This document shows, piece after piece, positions 1-9,826 of a stretch of DNA of 64,000 nt. The notes under the pieces were generated by a model. It saw only the letters and a list, made by a program, of their open reading frames with translations, was not told the DNA's origin and did not search any database. Location of the stretch: sequence record NC_048668.1. One strand, given 5' to 3'. The position numbers and the translations under genes were made by a program. Positions within the stretch are counted from its first letter, which is position 1. Every line of letters starts with the position of its first letter.

Positions 1-5
1 TGAAG

Positions 6-437
6 TTGATTAAGCGTCCCAATGACAAGGATAGCTGCGAAGGCTTCTACGTCGGCACGCTCTACGGTAAACCATTCGGTTACCACATAGACGGCAATCA
101 ACCTAAGATCACTCAGATCGATGACTACGTCCGTCGTTCGGTTGCTGACATCACGCAGACTCCAATCGAATCCGTCGAACTCGAAGGCGAACGCTTCGCT
201 ACGGATGTTAACTACGATCGCGTTGCTGACCGTTGGATCCTCAACTCTACGATCGGCGAGATTGGTCACTTGGTCAAAGGGGTTCGTCCTGATAACACTT
301 GTGATATTCGCAAGCACGTTAAATGGACATACCGCGTTAACGGATTTGCTCTCAACGAAATTCCATTGTTGGAACCGTTGTTGGTAGAAAGTTTCCTTCG
401 TGGTTACCATCGCCTTATTCAGCACACCACCGTCTAA
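6..437 (+). CDS. hypothetical protein (may be 5'-truncated by window edge)
   Basis: 143-aa ORF followed by terminator hairpin. Confidence 0.6.
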   Translation: MIKRPNDKDSCEGFYVGTLYGKPFGYHIDGNQPKITQIDDYVRRSVADITQTPIESVELEGERFATDVNYDRVADRWILNSTIGEIGHLVKGVRPDNTCDIRKHVKWTYRVNGFALNEIPLLEPLLVESFLRGYHRLIQHTTV

Positions 438-444
438 GTGGCAT

Positions 445-478
445 AAAAGAAAGGGCATTGCGCCCTTTCTTTTTTTTG
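445..478. terminator. intrinsic terminator between convergent genes
   Basis: AAAGAAAGGGC-ATTGC-GCCCTTTCTTT plus T run. Confidence 0.8.
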
Positions 479-484
479 TGTTTT

Positions 485-1738
485 TTAAGAGGGACGAACA
501 CCAGTACGAGAATGAGAACTACCGCCAGCTTGATAATACTTCATCGTAACAGTACGCAGAACGATGTAGAGAATAACACCGGTACGTTCTGAACTTACTG
601 GGGTAGGCGGATTACGACCCGTGGCTTTACGAACGAGATCGTCGCCGTTGGTACGCAGGAACATGACATCCGGCTCTTTGTTACGCGAGGCGTTGATAAC
701 ACCTTTCAACCCAGAGATTAACTCTGCCAGGTTTTGAGGGTTAATGCCGCGAGCATGGATAAAGTCGAAAGTATATTCCAACGTTCTCTCAACAAAACTT
801 TTCACCTTCTTGCCTTGTGGCTTAGAGTACATCGTAGAGATGAACGTAAGCGTCTCTGTTAAGAGTTTAGGCTGAAGGCTAGGGTTTGTCTTACTAATCA
901 GATCAACGAGCTCCGGTTTGACGAAGGAGCTTGTATCAGTGATAGTTTCGTTGAGGTAACGACGGTACATCGGGAACAGACGTTTAACGTCGCGTACTTC
1001 TAACGAGCCATCTACTTCAACCATAGTCGATGTAGCAATCACGCGGTCGCCAGCTTCTTTGACTTGATAGTACAGCGCAGTCAGCGTCTTGATCACTACG
1101 CGGATACGGGTCTGTATATCTGACAGGATGTATTTCACATCGTCGTCGTCATTGAAGCGAATAAAGGATTCGTAGTGAATCCCGTTAGTAGCGATGATTG
1201 ACTTGGCACGTTCCTCGATTAACTTAGCCCAGGTCTTGTATTGCTTAAGGTCGTACTTGTAGGACATTGCCTCGTAAGTACGCAGGGCGATCTGGGGATC
1301 GGTACCGTACGGGAAGTACTGCGTTAAAATACCACAGATGAACTTAAAGTGCAGGACACGAATAATGTCGATTGCGCAGTTCGTCTTTTGAGTCGGGTTC
1401 AACTTATCGCTAGTCAATACCCGGTGAACGAAGTAAATCGTGGTCAGGTTGAAAGCGTCAGTTGTAACGATGTGGTTAGGATCGATGTTGTCCAGGTTAT
1501 CGATGTTGATCTTTAACGTGTCCATATCGGTCACTGCGATATTGTCGAACCATTCTTTCAGTTCGGTCATCGTCCAACGAACCTTGTGCGCTGCCAATAG
1601 CCCTGAACCAAAGAAGGCTGAGTGCTCGCCTTTGTTCATGAATACACGGACAAAGGTATTTATTTTTTTGGCTAAGCTAGGGTCAAAGGAGATGTGCGAA
1701 TAGGTGCTGTCGAAAAGCTGTTTGATTTCCACGGACAA
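485..1738 (-). CDS. conserved phiKZ-like protein, probably virion structural
   Basis: 417-aa ORF; minus-strand GGTATGTAAC (TATG late-type element) upstream near 1765-1774; function inferred from synteny only. Confidence 0.5.
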   Translation of the reverse strand: MSVEIKQLFDSTYSHISFDPSLAKKINTFVRVFMNKGEHSAFFGSGLLAAHKVRWTMTELKEWFDNIAVTDMDTLKINIDNLDNIDPNHIVTTDAFNLTTIYFVHRVLTSDKLNPTQKTNCAIDIIRVLHFKFICGILTQYFPYGTDPQIALRTYEAMSYKYDLKQYKTWAKLIEERAKSIIATNGIHYESFIRFNDDDDVKYILSDIQTRIRVVIKTLTALYYQVKEAGDRVIATSTMVEVDGSLEVRDVKRLFPMYRRYLNETITDTSSFVKPELVDLISKTNPSLQPKLLTETLTFISTMYSKPQGKKVKSFVERTLEYTFDFIHARGINPQNLAELISGLKGVINASRNKEPDVMFLRTNGDDLVRKATGRNPPTPVSSERTGVILYIVLRTVTMKYYQAGGSSHSRTGVRPS

Positions 1739-1865
1739 GGTCCTTTGGTCAGTTATTCAAAAAGTTACATACCAACCGATTTCAAACAATTTTCAAGTCT
1801 ATATAACCGTGGCGAATATCCAGAAGTAATGGGTAAAGTTTAATAATCGAATAGGGTAATTCTTA

Positions 1866-2198
1866 ATGGCTATCAATACTATCCTAGATGCAAAGGTTCG
1901 TCTCGAAGAACTTCGTAAAGTGGTAGGTTCCGTTTCTCTCAATAATGACGAATCGCGTAAGCACGCTTTTTTAACGGTGCGTACAATTACAGTAGGTATT
2001 GCTGACGTCATCATGCATGACTTCGGTAACGATTACGCTCGGCTCTTACTCAGCGCCGATCATTATCAGCTTTATAGCTGGGCAACCGCTACAGCGTTCT
2101 ACTGCAGTAAGATGTTAACGGAAGATAACTCTTCTAAGTTAATTCGTGCAATCCATTTCCTCGACGATCAGATTGAAGATCAGCTCGAAAAACTGTAA
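1866..2198 (+). CDS. hypothetical protein
   Basis: 110-aa ORF, co-oriented with downstream cluster. Confidence 0.6.
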   Translation: MAINTILDAKVRLEELRKVVGSVSLNNDESRKHAFLTVRTITVGIADVIMHDFGNDYARLLLSADHYQLYSWATATAFYCSKMLTEDNSSKLIRAIHFLDDQIEDQLEKL

Positions 2199-2238
2199 TT
2201 CCATTTAATCCATTTTCACTAATAAAGAGGTATTTATC

Positions 2239-2673
2239 ATGGCTATCAACTTCACCGAAAAACAAACTCGTTCTATCACTGCTGCGCGTATCGCTGGTCT
2301 GGTTCAGGCATTGGCTCATGAAGTCGCAATGTTCGGTCGTGATCCACAAACTCTGCTGGAAACTGAATACCTGCCACTGTACTCTCAACTGCAGGATCTG
2401 GGCTTCAATGCCAAAGGCGACATCAAATGGATGCTGCTGCAGGATCTGGAGCGCAGCCATGGTATCGCGTTCCACAAAACCGATCTGGGTTTCGGCTTCC
2501 AGTTCAAAGGCCTGACTCTGGAAGTAGCTTCTAAAATCGAAGCGCAAAACTCAACCGGCGGTAAGGACTTTCCTTCCGTCATCCGTAACCGCGAAGCCAA
2601 ATACAAAGGCTACGAAGTCGTTTACGCTGTTGCAACTAAAACTGGTAGCGACCACGCGATCGTACGCGCTTAA
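2239..2673 (+). CDS. hypothetical protein
   Basis: SD AAGAGG; strongly biased, high-expression codon usage. Confidence 0.8.
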   Translation: MAINFTEKQTRSITAARIAGLVQALAHEVAMFGRDPQTLLETEYLPLYSQLQDLGFNAKGDIKWMLLQDLERSHGIAFHKTDLGFGFQFKGLTLEVASKIEAQNSTGGKDFPSVIRNREAKYKGYEVVYAVATKTGSDHAIVRA

Positions 2674-2708
2674 AATCATCGCTGTTTTTCGATAAGTAAG
2701 GAAACAAA

Positions 2709-3473
2709 ATGACCATTAACAAATTCCCTCATGAAGTCTCTGAGAAATTGGGCTGGTACGTTTATACTCTCACTAATCCTCTGAATAATGACGAGGTGTT
2801 CTACGTTGGTAAGGGTTGTGGTAATCGCATCTTCGCTCATGTTAATGATCAACTCAAAACCAAGGATGCGAGTAACCTTTCACTTAAACTGGGAACGATT
2901 AAAGAGATTCATGAATCCGGTCTGGAAGTAGGTCACAACATCGTGGCCTACAACTTAAGGGATGAGACAGAAGCCTTTGCCGTAGAATCTGCTTTGATTA
3001 ACGTCTACCCTAACTTGACAAATGAAGTCAAAGGACACGGTAATAAATTCGGCGTACTTACTGTCGAAGAAGCCATTGTCCAATACGGGGCTGAGGAAGC
3101 TGTTCTGGAAGATGACGTCTTGATCATTAAGATCAATGACAGTTACGATAAGATGAGTACTTACGACGCAGTACGTTTCTCCTGGCCAGTAGTCGTTAGT
3201 CGCGCTAGTAGAGCTAAAGCTGTGCTGGCTGTTGCTAACGGTATCGTACGTGGCGTTTTTGAAGTAGACAGTTGGAAACCTGCTACTCCAGAAAACTTCC
3301 CTGAGATGTATCGTTTAAGAACCATCGAAGATGTTGCTAAAGAAAGCAAAAGAAAAGCTTTCTCAGGAAGGGTGGCTTCAGAGCCACTCTATTCCCGTTA
3401 CATTAACAAAAAGCTCCCTGCTGAATATTCCTTAAAAGGTTCTCAGCAATCAATCCGTTACAATTTCAAATAA
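2709..3473 (+). CDS. LEM-3/ANKLE1-like GIY-YIG nuclease
   Basis: YVYTL...FYVGKGCGNRIFAH...AFAVESALI...NEVKGHG motif pattern. Confidence 0.75.
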   Translation: MTINKFPHEVSEKLGWYVYTLTNPLNNDEVFYVGKGCGNRIFAHVNDQLKTKDASNLSLKLGTIKEIHESGLEVGHNIVAYNLRDETEAFAVESALINVYPNLTNEVKGHGNKFGVLTVEEAIVQYGAEEAVLEDDVLIIKINDSYDKMSTYDAVRFSWPVVVSRASRAKAVLAVANGIVRGVFEVDSWKPATPENFPEMYRLRTIEDVAKESKRKAFSGRVASEPLYSRYINKKLPAEYSLKGSQQSIRYNFK

Positions 3474-3483
3474 GGAAATCATC

Positions 3484-3834
3484 ATGCATAGTGTAAACGC
3501 CATTATCCGTACTATCGAAACTAACCCAGAGTTTGACAAAATCGCAGCTCCGTTCAACCGTACCTTGGTTCTGGCTCGTAAAGGTAAAGTCAAAAAGATG
3601 ATCAAAATGATCGAGTCTTTGGCTAACGAGCCTACTGAGCTGTATGTCATCAGAATCGAAACTGGCGATAGCTGGTTCAAAACTCCGGTCGGTGGTGATC
3701 ACTGGATCCTTAGCCGGACTGAAATCTCTCGCCTGCGTGCCGCACTTTATCGTGCGATCGAAAAGGACAGCTATCCGGTCAAGTTGAGTCGTACCATCGT
3801 TCAGTATCAGCCGATCGTAAACTTCGTAAAATAA
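3484..3834 (+). CDS. hypothetical protein (paralog of next gene)
   Basis: SD AAGGAA; C-terminal LSRxExxRL...PV pattern shared with 3856..4233. Confidence 0.7.
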   Translation: MHSVNAIIRTIETNPEFDKIAAPFNRTLVLARKGKVKKMIKMIESLANEPTELYVIRIETGDSWFKTPVGGDHWILSRTEISRLRAALYRAIEKDSYPVKLSRTIVQYQPIVNFVK

Positions 3835-3855
3835 TTAACCTCGAGGCCAGAACAA

Positions 3856-4233
3856 ATGAGCACCATGGAAATTCTGTTATCTCACGTCGAATCTAAAGTT
3901 TGGCGCAAGACTATCGATATTAGCTATCGTGAAATGAAACGCGCTGTATCGGCTTTAGAAGAGTTGTTGGATGAACCTGTACAGTTTGTCAACTTTGAAG
4001 ATGGCGCGATGCGTGATCGGATTAGCGACTCTGTGAATGAGGTTTTGGAGTTGTCCACCGCTAAGTTCTGGCCTGGTTGGAAATTCATCTACAAAACCGA
4101 AATCGTTTATACCCTCAGTCGACTGGATGCGATCCGTTTAGTCGGTGAACTGAAGCGTCGTCTGGAAACCGGTAATACTGCGCCTGTAAGCTTCACTATC
4201 GAACGCATTCGCAGACTGCCTATCATTCGTTAA
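3856..4233 (+). CDS. hypothetical protein (paralog of previous gene)
   Basis: SD GAGG; LSRLDAIRL...PVSF C-terminus. Confidence 0.7.
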   Translation: MSTMEILLSHVESKVWRKTIDISYREMKRAVSALEELLDEPVQFVNFEDGAMRDRISDSVNEVLELSTAKFWPGWKFIYKTEIVYTLSRLDAIRLVGELKRRLETGNTAPVSFTIERIRRLPIIR

Positions 4234-4298
4234 TAAAACTATAGGAGAGGGCTACGGCTCTCTCCGCTTATTTTCTCTATTTTAAAAAGGATACTATC

Positions 4299-4620
4299 AT
4301 GGAACAGTGCATCTTCGATTCAGTTTTGGTTGCAGACTACAAAAAGACTATCATCCGTACTTTAGATCGTAAAACTGTAGTTATTCCGCTTGACCAAATT
4401 CAAAAGGTCGCTTCTTTCGTTTCGATCACTAAAGATGAAGCTACTGGCTTTGTTCGTTTCTCTTTCTTTGGGTGAGCGTAAAGATCTTTTTGTTCAAGTG
4501 GACTTCGGTAAGATGGACGAAGACACTCTGCAATACCCTGGACTGATCCGTGAAGGTATTCAAACTGTTCTGGATCGTATCATCGGCTGCTACAACGTCG
4601 ACGCTATTGTTAATAAGTAA
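4299..4620 (+). CDS. hypothetical protein, frameshifted (+1) near 4470
   Basis: SD AAGGA + ATG 4299; removing one G in TTTGGGTGAG joins to the frame ending ...DAIVNK. Confidence 0.6.
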
Positions 4621-4630
4621 GGAGTCAGTA

Positions 4631-5041
4631 ATGAGTAAGAACGAAGAACATCACAATGCGGAAGCGCGCTTAACTGTACAATCTTTCTTCGAGGCCTTGG
4701 GTCTGCGTACTCAACCTAAGTTGCCGGAAGGGATTATTGGTTACAACGGCCAAGTAAACATTTCGTTGCTCCGTGGGATTATTAACGCGCATCCTCTGCG
4801 TCAGTTGATCCAGGTTTCTAAAGCCAAGTCTGACTTCACTAGTTTGCCTATGGCCGTGCAGGATATCGTCAAGGCACTGTCTCGTTATGAAGATAGCGAG
4901 TGGGTACTCACTAAGTTTGGGGTATTCAAGTTTAAGGTGAAGAAGCCTCAGGAAGAGATTCAAACCGTGATTGAAAAATACCGGAACGAGATTCCTAACC
5001 ACGTTTACGACAAACTGAAAAACGCATTGAAGTCGTGGTAA
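4631..5041 (+). CDS. hypothetical protein
   Basis: SD AAGGAG, ATG at 4631. Confidence 0.7.
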   Translation: MSKNEEHHNAEARLTVQSFFEALGLRTQPKLPEGIIGYNGQVNISLLRGIINAHPLRQLIQVSKAKSDFTSLPMAVQDIVKALSRYEDSEWVLTKFGVFKFKVKKPQEEIQTVIEKYRNEIPNHVYDKLKNALKSW

Positions 5042-5115
5042 ACCACTCTCTTTAATTCATTTTTTACGTCGTGTCTTATAGTGTGCTAAAAGCACACAAG
5101 ACATCTCGCAAGAGG

Positions 5116-5187
5116 GGTCACGGCGGAGCCTGTGACTATTAGGGGTTAGAATGACTGAGGAATGTAATGACGAAAGGAATTCCCTAA
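5116..5187 (+). ncRNA. repeated structured RNA element, copy 1
   Basis: GGTCACGGC-GGA-GCC(T)GTGACT bulged hairpin plus second stem GAAT/ATTC; homologous to 46649 and 50169. Confidence 0.6.
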
Positions 5188-5254
5188 GAGTACGGCTAGC
5201 TAAATACCCTAGATGAATTAGTGTGATTATAACTCAATAATCCACGTCTAAGAG

Positions 5255-5614
5255 ATGGAAAATACGATGAGAAGAAACCAAGCAGTAATCGATAAATCAA
5301 TCGAAGAACTGAACGATCTGTGCATTGGTGGCCCAGAGACTAAAGAGAAAACTCTGGCAATCAGCTCTGCTATGATGCAGATCTTTACCAACGGCTTAGG
5401 CTTGATGGTAAGTGCCTCTGAGGAAGGGAAGTATCCTCTGGGCAAATACGATTCATTCGCTGAAGTAAGTTTAGCGTCTAGTCGTATCTACGGTCAGATC
5501 GTAGTCTTCCGTGTACGCATTGGTTGGCAGGACACGACGTTCACTCGATTCGTGTTCCTGGATGAAGCAGGTGCTCCAGCCGCAGCCGTTGATGATATCG
5601 GTACTCCGTACTAA
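5255..5614 (+). CDS. hypothetical protein
   Basis: 119-aa ORF downstream of RNA element. Confidence 0.65.
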   Translation: MENTMRRNQAVIDKSIEELNDLCIGGPETKEKTLAISSAMMQIFTNGLGLMVSASEEGKYPLGKYDSFAEVSLASSRIYGQIVVFRVRIGWQDTTFTRFVFLDEAGAPAAAVDDIGTPY

Positions 5615-5741
5615 GTAAAAATGATCCAGCTCATTCCTCTAACCGGGAGTGGGTTGGGTTATTCCTTTTATTTTTTGACGCTATGTATCCATGGTATAGC
5701 GATTATGCTAGTTTAACTATTGAAAACAAGGGAAGAGAAAC

Positions 5742-6389
5742 ATGTCTGATACTCGTAAGCCGACTAAGATCCTGAGCATGGGTAAGCTCGTAGTAGAAGA
5801 GCAAATGGTTCGTGTGGTCGATATTAATCTTCTGGATCAAAACGGTGCACAACGCCCGGATATGGAAGCATTCAATCCAGCCTTCGGCTTCACTAAAGAT
5901 CCGGTAGTATTCCAGAACCCAATGGCAATGTTCGGTTGCGCCAGCTCTATCGAAGAGCTGAACGAGGCGATTAAACCTCACTACGAAAACCTGCCGTGGG
6001 AACTGTTCGAACTGATCGCTACCTTCAGCGAGACGTTCCGTATCTCCATCATGGTGAGCGCTAACAAAACGATCACCGCGCTGCTGGAAAGCAACGAAAG
6101 TACCACGCTGGCCTGGTGGGTACCTAACCAGGGCGTGATCTATACTTCCTCTACCGATCGGGTACAGGCGATTCAACGTCGTCCACTCAACCCATCTGAA
6201 GTTCTGTATGCATTCAGCATTGCGTTGGCACAGCTCGGTATCGGCGCGCCGGCGGTAAGCATCTCTCGCACCGAAGACAACGAAGGCGTAGCGGTTACTT
6301 ATATCGACCAGGAAATGGCGATGAGCAACCCAGGTGCGTGTCGTATCTCTTTCGTGTTCCCATCCATGGCCACGGAAGTAAAACACTAA
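5742..6389 (+). CDS. hypothetical protein
   Basis: 215 aa, biased codons, own promoter-like motif and terminator. Confidence 0.75.
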   Translation: MSDTRKPTKILSMGKLVVEEQMVRVVDINLLDQNGAQRPDMEAFNPAFGFTKDPVVFQNPMAMFGCASSIEELNEAIKPHYENLPWELFELIATFSETFRISIMVSANKTITALLESNESTTLAWWVPNQGVIYTSSTDRVQAIQRRPLNPSEVLYAFSIALAQLGIGAPAVSISRTEDNEGVAVTYIDQEMAMSNPGACRISFVFPSMATEVKH

Positions 6390-6509
6390 TTCATTCGACA
6401 TGAGGGAGTTCGCTCCCTCTTTTTGTACAGGAGGATATAAACGCGAAGTGGTAACACTCTCCTCTCGCCAAGGTACTCGTTAAACACGACTACTTGAGGA
6501 AAAAAGAAC

Positions 6510-7179
6510 ATGCGCATGGTATTCTGGACTCTTGTCCTTTGCTTGGTAACATTCAGTTTCCCAGCAACCGCATCTGTATCCGTGAACCAGGCCGGTTGGA
6601 ATAAACACAAAACCGTCTTGCTTTCTACGTCCAAACGTACGGACGTAAACATGATGGATCTAGTCATTTTGGCTAGCATCGAATCAACTATGGGTCAAAA
6701 TCGTCATAACCGTTCCAGCTCCGCCGCAGGTCTGTTTGGGTTCACCGACAGTACGTGGCGTGTAATGGTTAAGCGTTACGGTAAACAGTACGGCATTCGA
6801 CCTGGTACAAGTAAACAAAACCCGCGAGCCAACGCTTTGATGGCTGCGGAAATACATCAAGGAAAATCAACGATATCTTGAGAAGCAACTTCACCGTAAA
6901 GTCGGTATCGAAGAAATCTACATGGCTCACTTGCTCGGGCCTGGAGACGCTGTCAAGATCCTCAAAGCGCGTAACGGTTGTTACGCTTCTTCCGTAACGC
7001 CTAGTGCTGCTCGGGGCAATAAAGCGTTCTTCTACGATAAAGGACGTGCCCGTACTGTAGCAGGATTTAAGCAATACGTTCATTCGAAAGTTAACAGCCA
7101 CCGCAAAGCTTATAAAAGCGAAGTGGTTCTCTTAGCTTACAAACATCAACTCCCCCTAACTTTAGCTGACGCAACTTAA
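6510..7179 (+). CDS. lytic transglycosylase (SLT/phiKZ gp144-like catalytic domain) with N-terminal signal peptide; +1 frameshift near 6852
   Basis: LASIES catalytic Glu, SSAAGLFGF, YMAHLLGPG motifs; deleting one A in GGAAATAC restores AEYIKENQ and joins both ORFs. Confidence 0.8.
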
Positions 7180-7288
7180 GCGTTCCGGGAATAACGAAGT
7201 GACCATGGCGAGAGTAACTCATCCTTTCCTCTAGTTAATTCTAGAGGAAAGGGATCTATTCACTATTTTGTTAAAACAAGGAAACAAA

Positions 7289-7813
7289 ATGATTCACTAT
7301 TCTCTGACTTTTCCATGTGGTTTGATCGAACGTGTCTCTAAGAAAGGAGATGCAACTATCGTCACTGCTAATATCGCCAAGGGGAATTTCCACTTTAACG
7401 TACGCGGTGTTCGGGTCTACGATTCTTCCGTAGATAAGAAGCTCCCTAAGGAACATAAGGCTGCTATCGAGAAGTGTGAGCTCTACGGAGTTTGGCTGCA
7501 TGTTCAGAAACACGGCGTCCCACCGAAGGTTCAGTTCTTCTCAGACCTGCCGTATTACTTAGACGACTCGAAAGAGTTCCCTAAGTTCGTTCAGAGTTTC
7601 TGTGGTAAAGATGCCTCTGTGGTCGAGCTCTATTTCAAGCCAGGTTATGACGATGACCTTTTCAAGTCTATCGTAGAGGCCGCAGGTCGACCGGTACCTT
7701 ACCTCAACCCGATTAACCGACCTACGCTTTATGATGCGTTGACTTTCGACGTATTCGCGTCAGCGTTCAACCCTCGTGAACTTAAACAAAACATGTCTCG
7801 TGCAAAAGGATAA
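7289..7813 (+). CDS. hypothetical protein
   Basis: SD AAGGAA, ATG 7289. Confidence 0.7.
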   Translation: MIHYSLTFPCGLIERVSKKGDATIVTANIAKGNFHFNVRGVRVYDSSVDKKLPKEHKAAIEKCELYGVWLHVQKHGVPPKVQFFSDLPYYLDDSKEFPKFVQSFCGKDASVVELYFKPGYDDDLFKSIVEAAGRPVPYLNPINRPTLYDALTFDVFASAFNPRELKQNMSRAKG

Positions 7814-7819
7814 CTGAAA

Positions 7820-8428
7820 ATGAAAACTGATTATATCCAGGTCTTTAACTCCGGCTCAGTAAACGTTGAATCTCGCAGAGTAGACAACGACCAACTCCAT
7901 TATGTCATTCGCATTGATGGTGGCGTTCAAGTTACATTCACCTCCGTAAAACTTCCACTGACCTTCGTACTCGAGCGAGCTTATATCCTGCACTACTACG
8001 AAAACTATGGTGGTTCTAACTATTGGAAGAAAGCGGTCCCTTCTGCTATCGCGGAAGCCCTTCGTACCATCAGCACTACTCATCTGGTCGGGGAAGTTTA
8101 TCTCGATACTTTCAAGCGTCTGATCGTTTCCGGCCAGGGTCGTTTGAACATTCCCCACATGGTGAGGGAAGTTGCTAAGTTGATCGATATGGGTACCGAA
8201 GATTTTACTGTTAGGGTACAACGTTTCGAACTGAGTACCGACAGCAAGTTCCAGGTAATTCAAACTCTGTCAGCGGTATTCGATTTCGGCGAAGATCATT
8301 TCCGCCCGACCAAAACGGTCACCTTCACCCGCGTCGTTCCACAAGGCGCCTATCCGTTTAATTACCAAGAATTGGCTCAAGCTATGCGCGCTGAAGTCAA
8401 TTTAGTTATCCGTGACATCAACGGCTAA
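7820..8428 (+). CDS. hypothetical protein
   Basis: 202-aa ORF with SD, followed by hairpin. Confidence 0.7.
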   Translation: MKTDYIQVFNSGSVNVESRRVDNDQLHYVIRIDGGVQVTFTSVKLPLTFVLERAYILHYYENYGGSNYWKKAVPSAIAEALRTISTTHLVGEVYLDTFKRLIVSGQGRLNIPHMVREVAKLIDMGTEDFTVRVQRFELSTDSKFQVIQTLSAVFDFGEDHFRPTKTVTFTRVVPQGAYPFNYQELAQAMRAEVNLVIRDING

Positions 8429-8488
8429 ATAACAACATACTCGCCTAGGGAATTCCCTAGGCGTTTTATACCGTATATCGGAGTAGTC

Positions 8489-9067
8489 ATGAAAGATTCA
8501 ATTAAACACGCGTTTCGTACCGTACTTGAAACATACCGTACTGAGATAGAGCCATCACGAGTCATTAGCGACCATGGTGGTATTGCCTTATTCCACCAAT
8601 TTGAAACTGATTTACCAGAAGAACACATCCATACGGCTGCATTGATTAACATTACAGATCACGTAGATCTCTTCGACATTGATCCTCTACGTGGTATCTG
8701 CCTACCCTGTGCATTATTTGTTACTGCCTATATGCAGGATGTTTACGGGTATGACGTAGTTAGGCAGGATCTTAAAGTACCGAATGAAGACTTCAGTGAT
8801 TCGGTATTCCTTCATACTTTCATCTTGGAAGACGGTCTGCACTTCGATACATGTTACGTCGAAGGTCTGCGCTATATCCACGATCATCCTTTACTGCGCC
8901 AATTCGATGAAGACGAAGATTGGTGGTTATCATTCTCGGATACTAAAGAAGATTACGGTATTATCCATAAGGGTACGGAACTTAGTGACTTCTTCGTTAA
9001 ATGCGCTGATTTGATCTACCCCGCTGCGTGCTCCCGTACGGAATTCAAAAAGATATTCCTTAACTAA
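8489..9067 (+). CDS. hypothetical protein
   Basis: SD GGAG, 192 aa. Confidence 0.7.
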   Translation: MKDSIKHAFRTVLETYRTEIEPSRVISDHGGIALFHQFETDLPEEHIHTAALINITDHVDLFDIDPLRGICLPCALFVTAYMQDVYGYDVVRQDLKVPNEDFSDSVFLHTFILEDGLHFDTCYVEGLRYIHDHPLLRQFDEDEDWWLSFSDTKEDYGIIHKGTELSDFFVKCADLIYPAACSRTEFKKIFLN

Positions 9068-9156
9068 GTTACGTAAAAAATAAACTCATCATCGTAGTCT
9101 ATGTACGGGATTCTCTTTAGAGTATCCTTTAGTTCATTAACGAAGAGAGATTTCTC

Positions 9157-9756
9157 ATGGCTAAAAGTAATGAGAATGAAGTAGCGTTCTTCTTCCAGAT
9201 TACGCCCGAAACACGGCAGACTCTGTTGGAGACACCAGACTACCTCATCATCACTCAGTCGGAAATCCAAACCGTAGCCGACAACGGCCTGCGGTTAACT
9301 AACCGTGTTCGTCGTACCGAAGCTGTTCAGGCTAAGACCTCAGTTGGGGTTGTGTTTGAGTGCGCGACTAAATATCGGTTCCCTGGTAAACCCGGCGATA
9401 TGACTTCTCGTTGTCTGGAACGTGAATTCCAAGTTAGCGAAGAAGAATACGAACTTGCGTTGCCTTTTGGTGAGCGAGTTTACCACAAGCGTCGTTTCTC
9501 ATTCAACTTAGCTGGATTTGAAGCAGACCTTGACTGGTTCGTCGAGAAAGAGTCTAACGACTTCGGCGAATGGGTTAAACTGGATATCAATGTTCCTGAG
9601 GAAGGCATCACTGACAGTAAGCTCTATCAGTTACTGACTAAGTTGCCGCAATCAGGCATCACTATTGCAAACCTGATTAACCCACCTGGTATTTACAACG
9701 AACGTATCAAATCCACTATTAGTGACCTGATGCAGAATACCTGGAACCTGGCATAA
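9157..9756 (+). CDS. CYTH-like (triphosphate tunnel) domain protein
   Basis: N-terminal ExE (ENEVAF), KRRFSF, EADLDWF pattern. Confidence 0.55.
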   Translation: MAKSNENEVAFFFQITPETRQTLLETPDYLIITQSEIQTVADNGLRLTNRVRRTEAVQAKTSVGVVFECATKYRFPGKPGDMTSRCLEREFQVSEEEYELALPFGERVYHKRRFSFNLAGFEADLDWFVEKESNDFGEWVKLDINVPEEGITDSKLYQLLTKLPQSGITIANLINPPGIYNERIKSTISDLMQNTWNLA

Positions 9757-9826
9757 AGCCAACCGTACGGCGTAGGGGAATTCCTCTACGCCAAAACACC
9801 CATTTATTTTTGAGGAGTATATCTCC

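Noticed and set aside
5150-5187. Hammerhead ribozyme reading of CTGAGGA...GAAA (also at 50210-50230)
   Set aside because: Stem II does not pair, no properly placed stem III/UH site, and copy 2 lacks the core; kept only as an unexplained motif
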